DNA of 20,000 nucleotides from an uncultured virus (IMG/VR IMGVR_UViG_3300021400_000318) (Duplodnaviria; Heunggongvirae; Uroviricota; Caudoviricetes): IMG/VR virus record IMGVR_UViG_3300021400_000318; one strand, 5' to 3'. Shown piece by piece: positions 16,430 to 20,000 of this stretch (position 1 is its first letter; each line of letters starts with the position of its first letter). The notes under the pieces were generated by a model. It saw only the letters and a program-made list of their open reading frames with translations, ran no database searches and was not told where the DNA came from. The position numbers and the translations under genes were made by a program.

Positions 16430-16957
16430 ATGGACGAGTTCAGAAAGGAAATAGATGGAATACTTAAGCACCATCCAGAGACCTATTGTACCAAGGCAGC
16501 AGGCATGGTACGTGACGATAATGTCAGCACGATAGACTTCTTGAAGTTTGTCGGCATTGCCACCAATCTCATGCTGTGGGTATGGGGGAAGGGAGGCCTA
16601 CCAACCTCCATCTACAAGAAGTACAGGGATTTGGTCGCAGAGAGCGGAGTAAGGCTTTTCTTCAACGAAGTGCCTGCCGACAGCCTGCCTACTGATATTG
16701 TTCTTGTTGAAGATGTCAACGGCCTTGACTTCACAGGAACGCAGTGTAAGGTTGTCGCAAGGAACGCAATTGTCATTGTTGAGAACAACCATGTCTGGGG
16801 CTATGCGAAATCTATTGTCATTGGAACAGGAGCGTGTGACGCTATCATTGACGATGAAAGTCACTTTGTCGGCAAGTCTGACAAGTGCGGCTGTGAGACT
16901 TTCGACAGAGCGACATTCTCTGGAAAAGGCTATCATCTACACACGAATAGGAAATAA
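16430..16957 (+). CDS. hypothetical protein
   Basis: 175 aa, starts 3 nt after the tape measure stop; C-terminal short beta-repeat-like pattern. Confidence 0.7.
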   Translation: MDEFRKEIDGILKHHPETYCTKAAGMVRDDNVSTIDFLKFVGIATNLMLWVWGKGGLPTSIYKKYRDLVAESGVRLFFNEVPADSLPTDIVLVEDVNGLDFTGTQCKVVARNAIVIVENNHVWGYAKSIVIGTGACDAIIDDESHFVGKSDKCGCETFDRATFSGKGYHLHTNRK

Positions 16958-16962
16958 CCGAT

Positions 16963-17047
16963 TTCTCAGCGTTTTTCGCTGTTGCACCCTTACAACTATC
17001 CACCCAGAGGATAAAACGAGCGCACAGCGGACGCTACGAAGTCCTAC
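16963..17047 (+). repeat. dispersed degenerate element, copy before the distal tail gene
   Basis: TTCTCAGCGTTT...CCCTTACAACTATCCACCCAGAGGATAAAACGAGCGCACAGCG. Confidence 0.7.
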
Positions 17048-17079
17048 GATGATTCTAAGAAACATAATATCATACAACT

Positions 17080-17502
17080 ATGCAAGGAGAGTTGATTATC
17101 AATGGCCATGATGTCTATACTGACTATGGCATCAGCATGACACAGCAGGGCTTGTCTGCCTTGATGACACCTGCACCGATGAAATCCTTCATCGAAAGCA
17201 AGAGCCGTCAGCAACACGGCAAGCGATTCGTAAACAAAGACCCTCGGAAGGATTCGAGAGAACTGACGCTCCCCATCCATCTGACCGCACGTAACAGGAA
17301 CCAGTTCTTTGACAGATACTCGCGTTTCTGTGAAGAGATACTGGCCACAGGATATCTGGAAATACGTACCATGTATCAGCCTACAGTCCTGTACCGTTGC
17401 CTGTACACCTCATGCTCGCAGTTCACTGAGTTTATCACGGAGTATGCCAGTTTCTCATTGAAGCTGACGGAGCCAGACCCTACGAATAGGGCTATCGAAT
17501 AA
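17080..17502 (+). CDS. distal tail (Dit-like) protein
   Basis: LIINGHDVYTDYGI...RELTLPIHL...FSLKLTEPDP pattern; position after the tape measure gene. Confidence 0.7.
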   Translation: MQGELIINGHDVYTDYGISMTQQGLSALMTPAPMKSFIESKSRQQHGKRFVNKDPRKDSRELTLPIHLTARNRNQFFDRYSRFCEEILATGYLEIRTMYQPTVLYRCLYTSCSQFTEFITEYASFSLKLTEPDPTNRAIE

Positions 17503-17518
17503 TAATTTCCGTTAATTC

Positions 17519-17551
17519 TGTTTGTTATTCAAATAGTTTTTGGTATCTTTG
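17519..17551 (+). promoter_or_regulatory. internal promoter for tail-tip genes overlapped by palindrome copy 3
   Basis: TTTG (17521-17524) - 19 nt - TATCTTTG (17544-17551); TGTTTG TTATT CAAATA at 17519-17535. Confidence 0.75.
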
Positions 17552-17567
17552 TCCCAAATTTTACAAG

Positions 17568-20000
17568 ATGATACAGGTAAAGAGACTAAGCGGTGAAACG
17601 CTCATCACTCTGGATGCAGTACCAGAGGGCGCATTGGTTCATAGGGAACTGATGGCAGACCACTATGTGAAGTTGCCATTCGACCTTGATGAGCCTGTGT
17701 ACCTTCGCCTTGGTGACTATATAGAACTGCCAGACTTCGGACGTTTTGAACTCATCTTTCCTTACGCTCCCAAGTTTGACGTGAACACAGGAGCGTATAA
17801 GTACGACCTCCAGTTGGATGCGTACTATATGAAATGGAAGAATAAGAAGTGTCGTTATATCCCAACTGCATCTGCCAGTGAGACCTCGTTTCATCTGACG
17901 GCCACTGTTGCTACCCATCTGAATGTCATCGTTAATGGAATCAATGCCGTTGGTGACCTTGACAGCAACTTCCGCTACAACCAGACAACAAGTTTCCGTT
18001 TTGTGTTGACGAATTTCCCTGCTGACAAGGTGGATGCCGCCAAGTACATGCAGTATGACAATATTGACTTCATTACGGCTCTGAACAACCTCGCAGCCCT
18101 CTTCGAATGTGAATGGTGGGTAGAGGCCAACATCATCTATTTCGGCAAGTGCCAGTTGAATGGTGAGGAAGTTGAGTTTGAACTGGATCAGAACGTAGAG
18201 GAAATGACCAGTTCCGAGAGCAGTAACGAGTTCGCTACACGTATCATCGCTTTTGGCTCTACTCGCAACCTGCCATCGAACTACAGAAAGAACCAGTCAG
18301 CAGATATTACCGTCAACGGTGTTGTTCAGAAGAGATTGATGCTCCCTGCATCCTTATGCCCAAGAGGGTATGTGCAGGATTCCACTGTTGTCAACGAGAC
18401 GGAAGCAGTCGAGGCCATCGTTATTGATGAGGACATCTATCCGCACGTTGATTGCGTCGTAAGCCGTATTGAGACCTACGAAAAGACCGTTGAGGATGAG
18501 GAAACAGGTGAGACAATCACCAGAACGTACTACCGCCTCTATGATGGCAGCGGATTCGACTTCAGTACTGACATGATTCTGGAGGGCGAGACACTGCATA
18601 TCCTTTTCCAGTCTGGTGCCATGAACGGCATGGACTTCGAGTGCTACTATGACGATACCGAGAAGTATTATGAGGTTGTGGCCAACGAAGACTATGGGCG
18701 TTTCCTGCCAGACCCTTCCCTGCATCCAAGTGTGAATGATAAGTTTGTCCTTCTGAACTGGGATGCCACGAAGATTGCCGAGACAGGTATTATTGATAAT
18801 GCCGAGCATGAGTTGTACAGGATGGTGTGTGACAAGTTGGAGGACATGAAGATAGACCCGAACACCTATACGTGTGTCATGCGTTCTTACGAATACTCTG
18901 ACATGATGGATAGGGAATCCTTCGTCAAGTATGACATCGGCCAGAGGGCAAGGCTTATCAATCCAACCTATTTCCAGTACGGACGCAGTAGCCGTATCAT
19001 TGGTTATGATATAAAACTGGATATTCCTTACGACACCCCGAAATACATTGTCGGTGAGGCTACGGCCTACTCGCACATGAAGGACATGCAGGGTCAGATT
19101 GATGCCATCACGTTTAATGGTGTCAGTTACTCTGGCAACGGAAATGGTGGAGGTTCCGGCATCTACCTCATCACCTCTACAGACACTACACCGTCAAGCG
19201 ATAGTAACGCCTACTCTGCCAAACGTTCTGACAGAATGTTCCTCAGACGTGACAAGGCAGACACAGCGTATGGGGCGATAACTTTCATGCAAGGTCTTAT
19301 CAGTCAAGCGTACACACAATTCGGTGCTGGTGCTGACTTCGGTCAGTTCATCCAGGGCCTTGTTAGTGGTGATGGTGTGAGAATTGATAAACACGGCAAC
19401 ATAGAAGCAACATCACTTGTGCTTCGCTCTTTCCTTGAAGCGCCTAAGTTGGTCTATAACCACGTTGATGTTCGTGTTGGTGACGAATGGCAGACGAATG
19501 GTGCAGGAGAAATAGAGAGTGCAGAGGTTGATCAGAACAACCCATTGCAAGGAACAATTAAACTGCACTTGCTCGACGGCGAATACGGAACCTTGAAGGT
19601 TGGCGATAAGTGTAAGGGTATCTACCACAACCTTGAAGGGTATAACGATAACGTGACGCATGATGACGGAAAGGGAGGACGAACCTTTGCGGGCTTCTAT
19701 ACATCGTACTTTGTAGTCACTGGTGTTAGCGGTACATACAACCAATACTTGACCTACGAACTACGACCGACCATAGAGGTAAACGGCAACACCTACTGGC
19801 AGAACGATGAGGGAACTTCAAGCGGAATACGCGGCGGCTTCCATCCAAGTGCGCACATGGTGTTTGCGCAGTATTCAAATGCACAGGACAATACCCGTCA
19901 GTCCTGCCAATATCGCACTACCACATACACTCGTATGCTATCCGGTATGACAGGTTGGGATGAAGGACTTGAGAATGTTGCCTTCCAAATCGGCAATACA
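17568..20000 (+). CDS. large tail tip / baseplate hub protein, 3'-truncated by the window edge (at least 811 codons; absent from the ORF track)
   Basis: ATG 17568 MIQVKRLSGETLITLDAVPEGALVHRELMADHYVKLPF...; same frame reads ATRIIAFGSTRNLP, RIIGYDIKLDIP and ends ...AFQIGNT at 20000; spot-checked, no stop seen. Confidence 0.85.
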   Translation, partial: MIQVKRLSGETLITLDAVPEGALVHRELMADHYVKLPFDLDEPVYLRLGDYIELPDFGRFELIFPYAPKFDVNTGAYKYDLQLDAYYMKWKNKKCRYIPTASASETSFHLTATVATHLNVIVNGINAVGDLDSNFRYNQTTSFRFVLTNFPADKVDAAKYMQYDNIDFITALNNLAALFECEWWVEANIIYFGKCQLNGEEVEFELDQNVEEMTSSESSNEFATRIIAFGSTRNLPSNYRKNQSADITVNGVVQKRLMLPASLCPRGYVQDSTVVNETEAVEAIVIDEDIYPHVDCVVSRIETYEKTVEDEETGETITRTYYRLYDGSGFDFSTDMILEGETLHILFQSGAMNGMDFECYYDDTEKYYEVVANEDYGRFLPDPSLHPSVNDKFVLLNWDATKIAETGIIDNAEHELYRMVCDKLEDMKIDPNTYTCVMRSYEYSDMMDRESFVKYDIGQRARLINPTYFQYGRSSRIIGYDIKLDIPYDTPKYIVGEATAYSHMKDMQGQIDAITFNGVSYSGNGNGGGSGIYLITSTDTTPSSDSNAYSAKRSDRMFLRRDKADTAYGAITFMQGLISQAYTQFGAGADFGQFIQGLVSGDGVRIDKHGNIEATSLVLRSFLEAPKLVYNHVDVRVGDEWQTNGAGEIESAEVDQNNPLQGTIKLHLLDGEYGTLKVGDKCKGIYHNLEGYNDNVTHDDGKGGRTFAGFYTSYFVVTGVSGTYNQYLTYELRPTIEVNGNTYWQNDEGTSSGIRGGFHPSAHMVFAQYSNAQDNTRQSCQYRTTTYTRMLSGMTGWDEGLENVAFQIGNT

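Noticed and set aside
19099..19281. 60-aa + strand ORF in the track
   Set aside because: Out-of-frame within the large tail ORF starting at 17568.
1..20000. CRISPR array, diversity-generating retroelement repeats, stop-codon recoding
   Set aside because: No regularly spaced repeats, no reverse transcriptase or TR/VR pair seen, and genes are intact under the standard code with TAA, TAG and TGA all used as stops.

Overview
A single co-oriented (+ strand) virion morphogenesis region of a long-tailed (siphovirus-like) phage or prophage. The host is most likely Bacteroidales, judged from several canonical TTTG-N19-TAnnTTTG promoters. Gene order: small ORFs and a ParB/Srx-like gene; a MuF minor head protein carrying a C-terminal papain-fold (Cys-His-Asp) toxin domain, followed by a separately promoted candidate immunity gene; an accessory cassette of six small ORFs with its own promoter (YodL-like, degenerate MutS-I-like and others); scaffold, decoration and major capsid proteins; four head-tail joining genes; major tail protein; a phage tRNA-Lys(UUU); tail chaperone; tape measure; distal tail protein; and a large tail-tip ORF running off the window that is absent from the ORF track. 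Notable non-coding signals are a TATTTG-N5-CAAATA palindrome over the -33 box of two structural promoters, a structured terminator-containing leader before the capsid operon, a leftward promoter facing the accessory cassette, and a degenerate periodic element repeated four times at module boundaries. All protein family calls are from motif recognition by eye and synteny; no database search was run.
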